Below, one piece after another: positions 46,687-55,947 of a stretch of DNA of 64,000 nucleotides (the first letter of the stretch is position 1; every line of letters begins with the position of its first letter). Location: contig OY762911.1 of assembly GCA_963666565.1 (NCBI GenBank), positions 2,016,001 to 2,080,000 on the forward strand. The letters run 5' to 3'. Position numbers and translations under genes: made by a program. The notes under the pieces are model-generated. The model saw only the letters and a list, made by a program, of their open reading frames with translations, did no database searches and was not told where the DNA came from. The stretch comes from Thermoanaerobaculia bacterium (lineage in GTDB: Bacteria; Acidobacteriota; Thermoanaerobaculia; Multivoradales; Multivoraceae).

Positions 46687-47673
46687 TCATCGCCTGGCCC
46701 GAAGCGGCCTGAAGAACAACTCCAGTTCGTTGACCTTCTCCTTGCGGGGCAACCTGAGTGTTCCACTGTCCAGGATACTCCCGGTGACCTCGATCGCGTA
46801 GACGCCGAACACATCGTCGTCTTCGACGTCGATGTCAACCACACTGATCAAGAGCGTGTCGCCTTCGTAGACCTTCACGAGCGTGCCGGACCGACGGAAG
46901 TTGTACCGGCCTGACTTCCTGGATCGCTCGGGTGTTCGCCCCCGGACAAGCCGCTCGACGCAGGCCAGTTCTAGCCTGTACCGTCCTGAGGCCGCGTTCA
47001 ACATGGATTGCTGAATCGGTATCTCGTACCTTCGAGCCCTCTCGGCATCGGACAGCGGTGGGCTTGGCTTGCGCTTGCTGGCCTCATCCTTCGCTTCGAG
47101 CTCGGTGAGTTCCGTTTCGCGTAACGACACTTCGGCGGAGCTGAGTTGCAGCCTGCCTTCCGAGTACGCCTGCGTTTCGGACTTCAGTTGGTTCATCCGC
47201 GTGCGCTCGCTCTCGGTTAGTGGCAGCTTCGGCTTTGACAGCTCGTCCTTCTGGACGAGTGCCGACAGCTCGGCCTGGAGGCGCTCCACCCTTGCGGCGA
47301 TCTCCGCCAGACCGGTGCCGAGGTCGTCGACCAGCCCTTCCATCCTCAGGTCCTGGCGTTCCACGCGCACCTGGACGTCGGCCCCACTCAGGAAGTCCAT
47401 CGCGCTTTGGCCTGAAACGCTGAGAGCGCCAACGCCCAGGCCATGGGCGCGGCTGGTTGGCAGGAGGTCGGAAGCCGACTCGCAAGAAGGCGGATCGAGC
47501 GGCACCGGCTCTTGTTGCAGAGACCAGGCTGGACCGCCAGCGAGAACTCCAAGACTGACCGCGATGAGGAACCGCGCCGGATCGACCGACCGCCAAGCTG
47601 CGACTGCCGGAGCGCCCCGGTGGCGGCTCCGCACCCGCTGTCGCGCACTCTCTTTCCCCATTCTGGCGGTCAC
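46687..47673 (-). CDS. Exported protein: C2-like fold split by a coiled coil (paralogue 1)
   Basis: Hydrophobic signal; DFLSGADVQVRV, ~140-aa helical region, then VYEGDTLLISVVDIDVEDDDVFG...ELFFRP. Confidence 0.65.
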   Translation of the reverse strand: MTARMGKESARQRVRSRHRGAPAVAAWRSVDPARFLIAVSLGVLAGGPAWSLQQEPVPLDPPSCESASDLLPTSRAHGLGVGALSVSGQSAMDFLSGADVQVRVERQDLRMEGLVDDLGTGLAEIAARVERLQAELSALVQKDELSKPKLPLTESERTRMNQLKSETQAYSEGRLQLSSAEVSLRETELTELEAKDEASKRKPSPPLSDAERARRYEIPIQQSMLNAASGRYRLELACVERLVRGRTPERSRKSGRYNFRRSGTLVKVYEGDTLLISVVDIDVEDDDVFGVYAIEVTGSILDSGTLRLPRKEKVNELELFFRPLRARR

Positions 47674-47701
47674 GACTCTTCTGTCTCCTCGGCCTTGAGC
47701 G

Positions 47702-47741
47702 GCGCCGAGATGCGGAGAACAGCGGCGCCGGTGTCGTCCGT
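47702..47741 (-). promoter_or_regulatory. 40-bp motif upstream of C2-like paralogue 1 (second copy at 51592-51631)
   Basis: gcgccgagatgcg(g/a)agaac(a/c)gcggcgccggtgt(c/t)g(t/c)ccgt; 36/40 identical. Confidence 0.6.
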
Positions 47742-47954
47742 TGTCTCAACCTCGCATCTGGTGGGCGTTGCATCGGCTGAGGCAAGGCTGATTGTCGATC
47801 CCATGGAGAGATCACTCTAACCTGAGAACGGGCTTGTAGTAGCGAGCAAGAACGTGTAGCTGGCCGATCGGCCTGGGTCGCTCAAGGGTCTCGTCCGGGA
47901 TCGTGACCTTCCCCCGGCGAAGCTAGGGGAACGCGTGCGCGGGGAACGGGTCGC

Positions 47955-49856
47955 CTACTGGCACGGAAACGCCGTGATGTCCGACTTCGTGGTGGCGGTC
48001 GCGCCCTGCGGGTTGCCGTGCGTCCAGCGGCTGCCGTCGGGTCCCGTAATCCACAGGTTGAAGTCCAGGGTCGTCACCGGCGCCACGAACGCCCAGCGGT
48101 GGCCGTTGACTTGGCAACCGTCGAGCACCTTGACGAGAACCTCGGGGTTGTTGCGGCCGAAGAACCACAGAATGCCGGCCTCGCTGGACCAGGCTTCGGC
48201 CTTGACCGGGCCCGACTCGCCCTCTTGCGTGACGTAGCACATGCTGACCTCGAAGCCGCCGTCGAAGCGGAGGGCCACGGTCGTGGGCGTGCAGGTGCCG
48301 ACGGGATCCTCGGCCGGTCCGGAATCCGGGTCCGGGTCGGGGTCCGGATCCGGATCGGGCGAAGGCGTTCGCGGGCGTCTGTCGGCGAAACCGTCCTTGA
48401 TCCAGTCGAACACCTTCGTGTTGGCCACGGTGCCGCGCACGTTCTCCGACGTGCGGCCGACCGCGTAGATCATCACGTCTTCGCCGGCGTGGGTCTCCAG
48501 GAACAGCGGGACCGTCGCCTCCTGCCGATATGCCGTGTGGCTGGTGCTCGTGGGAACGGCGCCGCCGCGGCCCGGCGTCCTGTCGCTGTTCGGATTGACC
48601 CGCGAACCGCTCCGGTGGCCCGGCCCGTTGGCGTAGCCCAGGATGGTGTAGGGAATGCCCCCCGAGTCGCCGCTCTCCGAGATCGTGCCGCCGCTGTCTA
48701 TGTCGTGAACCGTTCCCAGGATGCCGTTGTGCGGCTGGTTGCGGAACGACGCGGGCACCGAGCGGGGGCTGTAGCGCAGGTCGCCGAGCGGCCGCATCGG
48801 GTAGCCGGCGATCGTGAAGACGTGGCTGTGGTCCGCGGTCGCGAGGATCAGCGTCCTGTTGAGATTGACGCTCCGCTGCGCGGCGGCGATCGCTCGATCG
48901 AACATCCGGGTGTCGGTGAAGGCGCGATAGGCGTTCCCCTCGTGGTGCGCGTGGTCGATCCGTCCCCCTTCGACCATCAGGAAGTACGGCTTTCCCGTGG
49001 CGGCGAGAATCTGGATCGCCTTCCTCGTCATCTCCTCCAGGCTCGGCTCGCCGCTGTCCCGGTCCGTTTCGTACTCCAGATGACTCGACGCGAACAGGCC
49101 GATCGCGCGGCCGGAACCGCCCAGCGAGTTGAGTCCCTGCCGGTTCCAGACGTAGCGGTAGCCCCGCTCTCGCAGTTCGTTTCGCAGATCGCGGCCGTCC
49201 GATCGGCTCCCTGGAAGTCCCTCGTCGTCCGATGCGGAAGTGGGAAGGAAGTGCCGTCGGCCGCCTCCGAAGACGACGTGGAGGCCCTGTCCGAGGCGGT
49301 CGTTGTATCCGCCGCCGCCCGGCGTCATCTGCCTGGCGATCTCGTTCTCCAGGTTGCGGTCGTTGACGTGCCCGAAAACGGCCGCCGGCGTCGCGTGGGT
49401 GACCCGCGTCGTCGTCACGATGCCCACTGCGTAGCCCATCGATATGGCCAGTTCGCCGATGTTGGTCAGCCTCGCGCTGTTGCCGTTGCCGTTGAAGTCC
49501 GCGTACTCGGTGGCCGGGCCGTAGCCGATCACGCCCGTGTTCGTGTTGACGCCGGTCATCATCGCCGACATCGTGGCGGCGCTGTCGGGGGTGATGTAGT
49601 CGGCCGACGCCGTGCGCGAGATGGCGGTGTAGGGCATGCGGTCGAGCGCCAGTTGCCCGTCGACGCCGACCGTCGCGATGCGGGTGGACGTGACGGTCGA
49701 CACCCCCATGCCGTCGCCGACGAACAGGATGACGTTGTTCCTCTGCGCGGCCGCGGGCAGTGCCGCCGCCAGCAGGAGTGCGATGGTTGAGAGAGTGCTC
49801 AACGACGGGACGAGATTTCCGCGCACGCTTCCGATCTGCACGACACGACTCTTCAT
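47955..49856 (-). CDS. phoA: Alkaline phosphatase (PhoA family) with Pro-Asp linker and shared C-terminal module
   Basis: ILFVGDGMG, PDSA (catalytic Ser), THATPA, EGGRIDHAHH, TADHSH, THAGEDV; (DP)n linker. Confidence 0.9.
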   Translation of the reverse strand: MKSRVVQIGSVRGNLVPSLSTLSTIALLLAAALPAAAQRNNVILFVGDGMGVSTVTSTRIATVGVDGQLALDRMPYTAISRTASADYITPDSAATMSAMMTGVNTNTGVIGYGPATEYADFNGNGNSARLTNIGELAISMGYAVGIVTTTRVTHATPAAVFGHVNDRNLENEIARQMTPGGGGYNDRLGQGLHVVFGGGRRHFLPTSASDDEGLPGSRSDGRDLRNELRERGYRYVWNRQGLNSLGGSGRAIGLFASSHLEYETDRDSGEPSLEEMTRKAIQILAATGKPYFLMVEGGRIDHAHHEGNAYRAFTDTRMFDRAIAAAQRSVNLNRTLILATADHSHVFTIAGYPMRPLGDLRYSPRSVPASFRNQPHNGILGTVHDIDSGGTISESGDSGGIPYTILGYANGPGHRSGSRVNPNSDRTPGRGGAVPTSTSHTAYRQEATVPLFLETHAGEDVMIYAVGRTSENVRGTVANTKVFDWIKDGFADRRPRTPSPDPDPDPDPDPDSGPAEDPVGTCTPTTVALRFDGGFEVSMCYVTQEGESGPVKAEAWSSEAGILWFFGRNNPEVLVKVLDGCQVNGHRWAFVAPVTTLDFNLWITGPDGSRWTHGNPQGATATTKSDITAFPCQ

Positions 49857-49994
49857 GGCCCAGACCCTCCTTCGTTGGTGCCCGGCCCCGGCAAGGGGCT
49901 TCATCGTCGGGATCGCGCCGCTCTTCAGCCGACCCGATGCCGACTCTTCCAACGATGGTAGTGGACTTGGCCTCAATCGGAGACTCGGCGGCCC

Positions 49995-51563
49995 CTACCG
50001 AAGAGCGCCGGGCCGGAACTTCAACTCCACGTACTCCACGTCCGTCATGCGGGCGCGGAGAACTCCCTCTTCAAGCGTCCGACGATCGAGGACGACCGTC
50101 GTCCTGCCGTAGAGGTCGTCGTACAAGACGTCCGCGTCCCAGACCTCGACGTCCAGTTCGTCTCCCTCGTAGACGGTGAGGATCTCGCGGTCGCCGAAGT
50201 TCACCACGGGACTCGACGTCTCCACCTTGCGCGTCCGAGCCGAGAGCAGGGCATCGAGCCGAGCCTGCTCCTCCTGCGCTTCGGCCCTCTCCTGCTGCAG
50301 GGTGCCGAGGTTCGCGGTCAGAGCCGTGAGGCGGACGGACTCCGACTCGGTCAGCGGGTCACCGGGAACGACTTCGCTTTCCGCCTTCCGCTCGGTCAGG
50401 TACTCAAGTTCGCGGCACATCGCGCACCGTGGGCAGGGATCCCGTTCGTCGAACGGGCTGCACGCCGCGCAGGCGGTCTCCGTGTAGACGGCGCACGAGT
50501 GCGACACTTCGGCATCGAGTTCCCGCAGCCGTGCCAACTGGGTGTCGCTGAGAGGATCGCCGACAGCGACCTTGCTGGCCGTGTCCCTGGCCTCGAGTAC
50601 TTCCAGTTCCGCCACGACCGCAGCTTGTTCCTCGGCCAACTCCGCCACCCTGCCGCCCAGCCAGTCCATAGCTCCCTGGATCTCGGGAACGTGCCGCCGG
50701 ACCTGCACGAACGGATCGGGGTCCGAACTGGAGTCCTGGCGGTGCTTCCTGACGCGCATGACGCCGACGGAAAGGATGTACGGCGCCCGGCGATCCGGGC
50801 TGGCCACGCCCGGGCCACACGCCTTCTCTCCCTCGGTCGCGGGGTGCAGAGTCGAAGCGTGAACCCATCCGCGAGTGATGGGATCGTCGCCCAGACGGGC
50901 CGAGGACGGTGCCGGATTCCGCGGCCCATGGTGTGCGGCATACAGCCAGCAGTTCCGCCTTTCGCGGACGTACACGAGTTGATCGTTGGAGGCTTGGAAG
51001 TCCATGGCGGCCGCGGCATGAGCCGGCGCTCGCCGGAAAGGCGCGCCCTCGCTCAGCATGCCGATGCGTAGCCATTCGTGGCGTTGTTTCAACTCCGCGG
51101 ACAAGCCGCTGGTGTCCAGCACGCTTCGGCAGCCGGGCAACTCGTCCCGAGCGAACCGCAGATGGACACGCTCGCCGAGGAACTCAAGGACGCCCGAGGC
51201 TTCGCTCTCGCCCCGGGAAAGTGCTTCGGGATCGGACGACGCTTCGATCCGGAAACGTGGCGTCCGGCCTCGTCTCGTTTCCTCGCCAGCGAAGAAAAAG
51301 GAGCAGCCGAACTGCGGAAACGATGCCGAGCCGTTGCCGATCCGGAACTGCTCGTGGTAGCCCGTCAGCGAGCCGCTGGCCGGGTCGAAGGCGATCACGG
51401 TGTCTCCGTCGTTACCCGGCACCACCTGCGCCCACGAGGGCGCCGCGAACGGCAGTGCCGAAGCGAAGAGGGCAAGGAACCCGCGCCAGACTGAACGGCC
51501 GTACTCGGAGCCAGTGAACGTGCTTGACGGCCGCGGTCGGTCGTGGTGGTTGTCCGGGAGTAT
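49995..51563 (-). CDS. Exported multidomain protein: N-domain, SH3-like, C2-like fold split by a Cys-tipped coiled coil (paralogue 2); start uncertain
   Basis: The frame is open upstream of GTG 51425 through a signal peptide (WRGFLALFASALPFAAPSWA-Q) to ATA 51563/CTG 51566. DPDPFVQVRR...VYEGDELDVEVWDADVLYDDLYG...ELKFRP. Confidence 0.65.
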   Translation of the reverse strand: MLPDNHHDRPRPSSTFTGSEYGRSVWRGFLALFASALPFAAPSWAQVVPGNDGDTVIAFDPASGSLTGYHEQFRIGNGSASFPQFGCSFFFAGEETRRGRTPRFRIEASSDPEALSRGESEASGVLEFLGERVHLRFARDELPGCRSVLDTSGLSAELKQRHEWLRIGMLSEGAPFRRAPAHAAAAMDFQASNDQLVYVRERRNCWLYAAHHGPRNPAPSSARLGDDPITRGWVHASTLHPATEGEKACGPGVASPDRRAPYILSVGVMRVRKHRQDSSSDPDPFVQVRRHVPEIQGAMDWLGGRVAELAEEQAAVVAELEVLEARDTASKVAVGDPLSDTQLARLRELDAEVSHSCAVYTETACAACSPFDERDPCPRCAMCRELEYLTERKAESEVVPGDPLTESESVRLTALTANLGTLQQERAEAQEEQARLDALLSARTRKVETSSPVVNFGDREILTVYEGDELDVEVWDADVLYDDLYGRTTVVLDRRTLEEGVLRARMTDVEYVELKFRPGALR

Positions 51564-54079
51564 CAGGGCACTCTCTCCCCTCGTTCCGACTGCGCCGAGA
51601 TGCGAAGAACCGCGGCGCCGGTGTTGCCCGTCACATCCACTTTCCCGTCATCATCGCCGTCCCCGTCGTCGTCATCATCCTCGTTCGCGCACTGGAACGC
51701 GTTCGTGTCGCTCCTGGTCGAGGCCGTCTGGCCTTGCCGATTGCCGTGCGTCCACCGGGTGCCGTCCGGGCCCGTTATCAAGAGATTGAACTCCAGGGTC
51801 GTGACCGGCGCCACGAACGCCCAGCGGTGTCCGTTGTGCTTGCAGCCGTCGAGCACCTTGACCAGAACTTCCGCGTTGCCCCGGTCGAAGAACCACAGGA
51901 TGCCGGACTGGCCGGATGCCCAGACGCCGGACCTGGCCTGGCCCCCGTCTCCGTCGGGCGTGCGGTAGCACATGCTGACCTTGTAGCCGCCGTCGAACTG
52001 AAGCGCGGTCGTCGTCGGCCTGCAGCCCATGGTCGGCGGAGCTGGGCGGTCACCTTCCCGAACCACGCGGATGTCGTGACCGGAAGGCGCCAGCACCAAC
52101 TCGTAGCGGTTGCCCCGCCAGGTGAACGGCCTGTCGGGGAGGAGCGCACCAGGCCTCGTCCTGTTTCCGTCCACGTCTTCGGTGAAGTCGCACTCGTTCA
52201 GCCAGCCGTTCCGGTCGAGGTCGAGGCAGACGAAGTCCTTGTCGTCCTCGGGCAGCGCGTCAGATGGGGAGTCGAACCGTCCGTCGCCGTTCCCATCGAC
52301 AGCCAGCGCCAGCAGCCGCCCTCCCGACGGCAGCTCGACTTCGCCCCTCCAGACGCTGGACGGGCCGTACACGAGACCGTTCGACAAGTCGCCGCGCTGG
52401 GCGGACATCGTAATGGCGTAGGGCAGGACCAGCCCCGACGCATAGGGCACTTCCAGAACCGCCCCGGTTGTCCCCACAGCCCACGGACGCTCCGTGTTCC
52501 ACGCCGTGAGCAGCGGCGGTCCGTCGTCGGTGAGATTTCGGTTCCTGTTCCGATCAACCCAAACGCGGATGAACCGGTTCTGGAAGTACGACGAGTAGTA
52601 CCCACTCGCCGCGAACCGTTCGACATCGCAAAGCTGAGGCAGGAGCACCGTCGGGCAGGACTCGGGTCTCCTATGGCTGTCGACGAGGATCTCGAACCGG
52701 CCTCCCGCGTCTCCAAGCTCAAGAAACTGGTAGGACGCCGAGTCTCCCCGAACTGCCGGATAGACCACGTCGGATGGCCGACTTGCATGAACCTGTACCC
52801 GCTGAGTGATGTGGAGGCCGGTGTAGCCGCTCAGCCTGCCGTTTCGGCTCACGAAGGCGAGTCCGCGGCCGTCCGTGTTGTCGTCCATCCGGTCCCCGAT
52901 GCCGTCGCCGTCCGTGTCCCGCTGCTCCCGCGGGTTCAGAGGGAAGGCGTCCGCGGCGTTACTCACGCCGTCGCCGTCGGCGTCCCGGTCCAGTGCGTCG
53001 GCGATGCCGTCACCGTCCGTATCGCGCCAGTCTCGGTGGTCCAGAGGCAGAGCGTCGATGAAGTCCGGTGCTCCGTCGCCGTCGTCGTCAAGGTCGGTCC
53101 GATTCGGCGTGCCGTCGCCGTCAGTGTCGTTCGCGGTCCCTGGGCGCGCCAGCGCGGCGCCGGACGACAGCCACTCGAAGATCTCTCTCGGGGGCGTGTC
53201 GCCAGACGAGCAGTGACCGCCGGGCGCATCCAGATCCGCGCGGGTTTCCAGGCCCAGCCAGTCTGAGTAGTACCTCGCCATCGACTCGGCGTCCTGATGC
53301 AGGAAGTCTCCCGTCGTGGCTTCCACGAACACGCGAAAGCGCTCCCTCACGAACTGGGCGGCGAATGGGGTCCACTGAAACGAGGGCCTCCACGGTGCGT
53401 GGTGGAACGGCGGAGCGACGGCGTAGGTGTCGTGCGAGGCGTCGCCGTCGAAATCCAGCCAGAAGCACCCGCAATGCGCGTGAAAGCCACCGCCGTAGCT
53501 GCCGCCGTAGAACTCCATGAACTGCGCCAGGAAGCAAGTGCCCTGGGAGCCGCCGGCGAAGACGATTCGGTCGTGGTCGAGAGCAAGCCGCGACTTCAGG
53601 TTGTTCTGGAGCAGTTCATGGATCAGGCGCGCGTCTTCGCCTTGCCAGAACCGGGTTCCTCCCGCGCCGACTGCTTCGGGGAGCAACGTGCGTTCACCGA
53701 ATGAGATCTCCTCCGGCACCGAGTTGGGAGACGCCGGCACGATCAGCGCCAGCCCAAGATCCAGAGCCGTATCGACGTGCTGGTACCTGGGCTGCCGCAG
53801 CTCCTCGGCCGTTCCCCTGTTGTTCCCGTGGAAGAAAACGACCGCTCCGCGAGGCGTCGTCGGATCCCAGCCGCTCCTCACCCAGTACCGGTAGAGGAGA
53901 GTCCGGCCGGTGGAATCGGTGAACGAGTCATCGTGCCATACCGTGGACTGCCCTTGGACGGCGCCGGAAGCGGCGAGGAGCGCAACTGTCAGCGCCCAAC
54001 GTCGTCGTCCGAGTCTCCGAGTCAGCGCCTGCCGGGAGAGTCGCATCAGTTCTGCACAGTCCGCCAGGGTCGTCCCCAT
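51563..54079 (-). CDS. Secreted alpha/beta hydrolase with thrombospondin type-3-like repeats and the shared module
   Basis: FFHG, GGSQG elbow, GGH; DTDGDG repeats with DAFPL; EF-hand-like DGNGDG and DLDRNG; shared module at 51689-52024. Confidence 0.8.
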   Translation of the reverse strand: MGTTLADCAELMRLSRQALTRRLGRRRWALTVALLAASGAVQGQSTVWHDDSFTDSTGRTLLYRYWVRSGWDPTTPRGAVVFFHGNNRGTAEELRQPRYQHVDTALDLGLALIVPASPNSVPEEISFGERTLLPEAVGAGGTRFWQGEDARLIHELLQNNLKSRLALDHDRIVFAGGSQGTCFLAQFMEFYGGSYGGGFHAHCGCFWLDFDGDASHDTYAVAPPFHHAPWRPSFQWTPFAAQFVRERFRVFVEATTGDFLHQDAESMARYYSDWLGLETRADLDAPGGHCSSGDTPPREIFEWLSSGAALARPGTANDTDGDGTPNRTDLDDDGDGAPDFIDALPLDHRDWRDTDGDGIADALDRDADGDGVSNAADAFPLNPREQRDTDGDGIGDRMDDNTDGRGLAFVSRNGRLSGYTGLHITQRVQVHASRPSDVVYPAVRGDSASYQFLELGDAGGRFEILVDSHRRPESCPTVLLPQLCDVERFAASGYYSSYFQNRFIRVWVDRNRNRNLTDDGPPLLTAWNTERPWAVGTTGAVLEVPYASGLVLPYAITMSAQRGDLSNGLVYGPSSVWRGEVELPSGGRLLALAVDGNGDGRFDSPSDALPEDDKDFVCLDLDRNGWLNECDFTEDVDGNRTRPGALLPDRPFTWRGNRYELVLAPSGHDIRVVREGDRPAPPTMGCRPTTTALQFDGGYKVSMCYRTPDGDGGQARSGVWASGQSGILWFFDRGNAEVLVKVLDGCKHNGHRWAFVAPVTTLEFNLLITGPDGTRWTHGNRQGQTASTRSDTNAFQCANEDDDDDGDGDDDGKVDVTGNTGAAVLRISAQSERGERVP

Positions 54080-54183
54080 CGCTTGTTCTCTCACCTTTTG
54101 CCGCCCTTCGATGGATGCACGGGATTCAACTCGCACAGAGCCTCTGTCGGGTCGTCGTCATGCGGCGGCTCCCTCGCGGCCCT

Positions 54184-55749
54184 CTACCTCCTGGTCTCTA
54201 CCCAGGTACCGGCCGTAACCGTTCTCCCTTCGATCCGGCAGGTGCTCGCGTCGCATGTGTACCGATAGGGACGCCTCTCGACGTAGCCGTTCCGAGAACA
54301 GCGCACGTTCGTTTTGCCACCGGAGTTGCTGAGGGAACACCTCGACAACCCGCCGTTGAGGCTCCACGAATCCGAGGGCAACGTCGTAATGACGTCACCG
54401 ACGTTGTACCTGGTTCCCGACCCGCCGCCGCCGCTGACCGTCACGCGGACGCCGCTGGAACAGTTGTTGCCGGTGTTCGATTCGCCCGACACGGAATCCA
54501 CGCAGGCGCCGTAGTAGTACGTGCCCGCGCTGGACGGCGCCGTCAGGCTGATCGACTCGGCACTGGAGCTCGAGGCGGAGAGGACACCGACCGAATCCGT
54601 GCCGACCTGCGTGTCGGAGGTGCCGATGCTGGAGTTCGACGAGCGGTAGTAGCGCAGCGTCGTGGCGGCGGAGCGACCGTCGCCCTGGTTGCGCACCGTG
54701 GCGCGGAGCGTGAAGCGGTCGCCCGCGCTGAGGCTGCTGTCGCTGACCGACGGGCTCGACACCACGAGGTCGGGCGCCGACGTTGGTTCGTCATCGTCCC
54801 CGTCATCATCACTGTCGTCCCCGTCATTGTCGTCATCACCATCGGTCGCGCAAGCGAACGCTCTGTTGTCGCTCTTGGTCGAAGCCGTCTGGCCTTGCCG
54901 GTTGCTGTGCGTCCACCGCTTGCCGTCCGGTCCCGTGATCCAGAGGTTGAACTCCAGGGTCGTGACCGGCGCCACGAACGCCCAGCGGTGTCCGTTGTGT
55001 GTGCAACCGTCGAGCACTTTGACCAGAACTTCCGCGTTGCCCCGGTCGAAGAACCACAGGATGCCGGACTGGCCGGATGCCCAGACGCCGGACTTCGCCT
55101 GGCCCACGTCCCCAGCGGGCGTGCGGTAGCACATGCTGACGTCGTAGCCGCCGTCGAAGCGGAGCGCCGTTGTCGTGGGCCTGCAGCCTGCGGTTGGCGG
55201 GGGGTCGGGATCGGGATCCGGCGGCTGACTTTCTTCGGACGTTGCGCGCACTTCGCATCCGGTGGGCGTTGCTCCAGAGACCGTCCCGGTCATGTGGAAG
55301 GTCCTGGTCTGGTTGGCCTCCATCCTCCCGAGGAGCTGATTGCCTATCTGGCGCCGCCCCGGCTCGATATAGCCCCGTACCCTGACGTTCCTGACGGACC
55401 GTTGGGCCGTCACGCTCCCGCCGATGGTCGCGTTCCAGGTGCTGCCGGCGGTCTGGTCAGCCCTGCAGGTCGTGACGCGGCCGGTCAAGGCCGGGCCGGA
55501 CGCTGCTGCATGGACGGATTCGGTGTCACCGGCGGCGGCATTGACGAACACCGTGCTCGGTGCGGCGTGCAGAGGCACTTCCCAGGCAACAAGTTCCCGG
55601 TCCTGCTGAGCGGCCGATGGCGCCGAAACGGCCATGGTCAACGCCATCAGCGTCAGCAGGACGGCGGGTCGAGGAACGCGAACGCCTCCGGCTCCGTTCC
55701 CTCCGCGGGTCTGGCGCTTCTGGCTCGGGCCGATCATTGTGTTGTTCAT
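54184..55749 (-). CDS. Secreted protein with the shared module, Asp-rich linker and CARDB domain
   Basis: Signal peptide; module at 54850-55185; APDLVV...ATVRNQG...GTYYYGACVDSVSGESNTGNNCS. Confidence 0.8.
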   Translation of the reverse strand: MNNTMIGPSQKRQTRGGNGAGGVRVPRPAVLLTLMALTMAVSAPSAAQQDRELVAWEVPLHAAPSTVFVNAAAGDTESVHAAASGPALTGRVTTCRADQTAGSTWNATIGGSVTAQRSVRNVRVRGYIEPGRRQIGNQLLGRMEANQTRTFHMTGTVSGATPTGCEVRATSEESQPPDPDPDPPPTAGCRPTTTALRFDGGYDVSMCYRTPAGDVGQAKSGVWASGQSGILWFFDRGNAEVLVKVLDGCTHNGHRWAFVAPVTTLEFNLWITGPDGKRWTHSNRQGQTASTKSDNRAFACATDGDDDNDGDDSDDDGDDDEPTSAPDLVVSSPSVSDSSLSAGDRFTLRATVRNQGDGRSAATTLRYYRSSNSSIGTSDTQVGTDSVGVLSASSSSAESISLTAPSSAGTYYYGACVDSVSGESNTGNNCSSGVRVTVSGGGGSGTRYNVGDVITTLPSDSWSLNGGLSRCSLSNSGGKTNVRCSRNGYVERRPYRYTCDASTCRIEGRTVTAGTWVETRR

Positions 55750-55947
55750 GGTGACCGTGTCTCCTTGGTCCGGTTGGCCGCCAGGTCTCCTGCCCTTCCG
55801 CCGTCAACACCCGGCGATTTGCCGCGACGGACGCGCGCTTCGCGTTTACCGAAGACGCGCTCTTCATCATGCTCGTCAGCCTACGACGGACGCGGCTTGT
55901 AGTGCCGAGGAGAAACGTGTAGCCGGTCGCGGTGGCGCGGCAGCCGG

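Noticed and set aside
47887-47909. Similarity to 22486-22509 (ggtctcg...atcgtgacct)
   Set aside because: Short and gapped; the 22.5-kb sequence is better explained as a GNAT gene fragment.
47702-51631. Integron attC sites
   Set aside because: No RYYYAAC/GTTRRRY boundaries, too short, and no integrase in the window.
51689-55185. Diversity-generating retroelement TR/VR pair
   Set aside because: Both copies are coding, differences do not look adenine-specific, and no reverse transcriptase is present.
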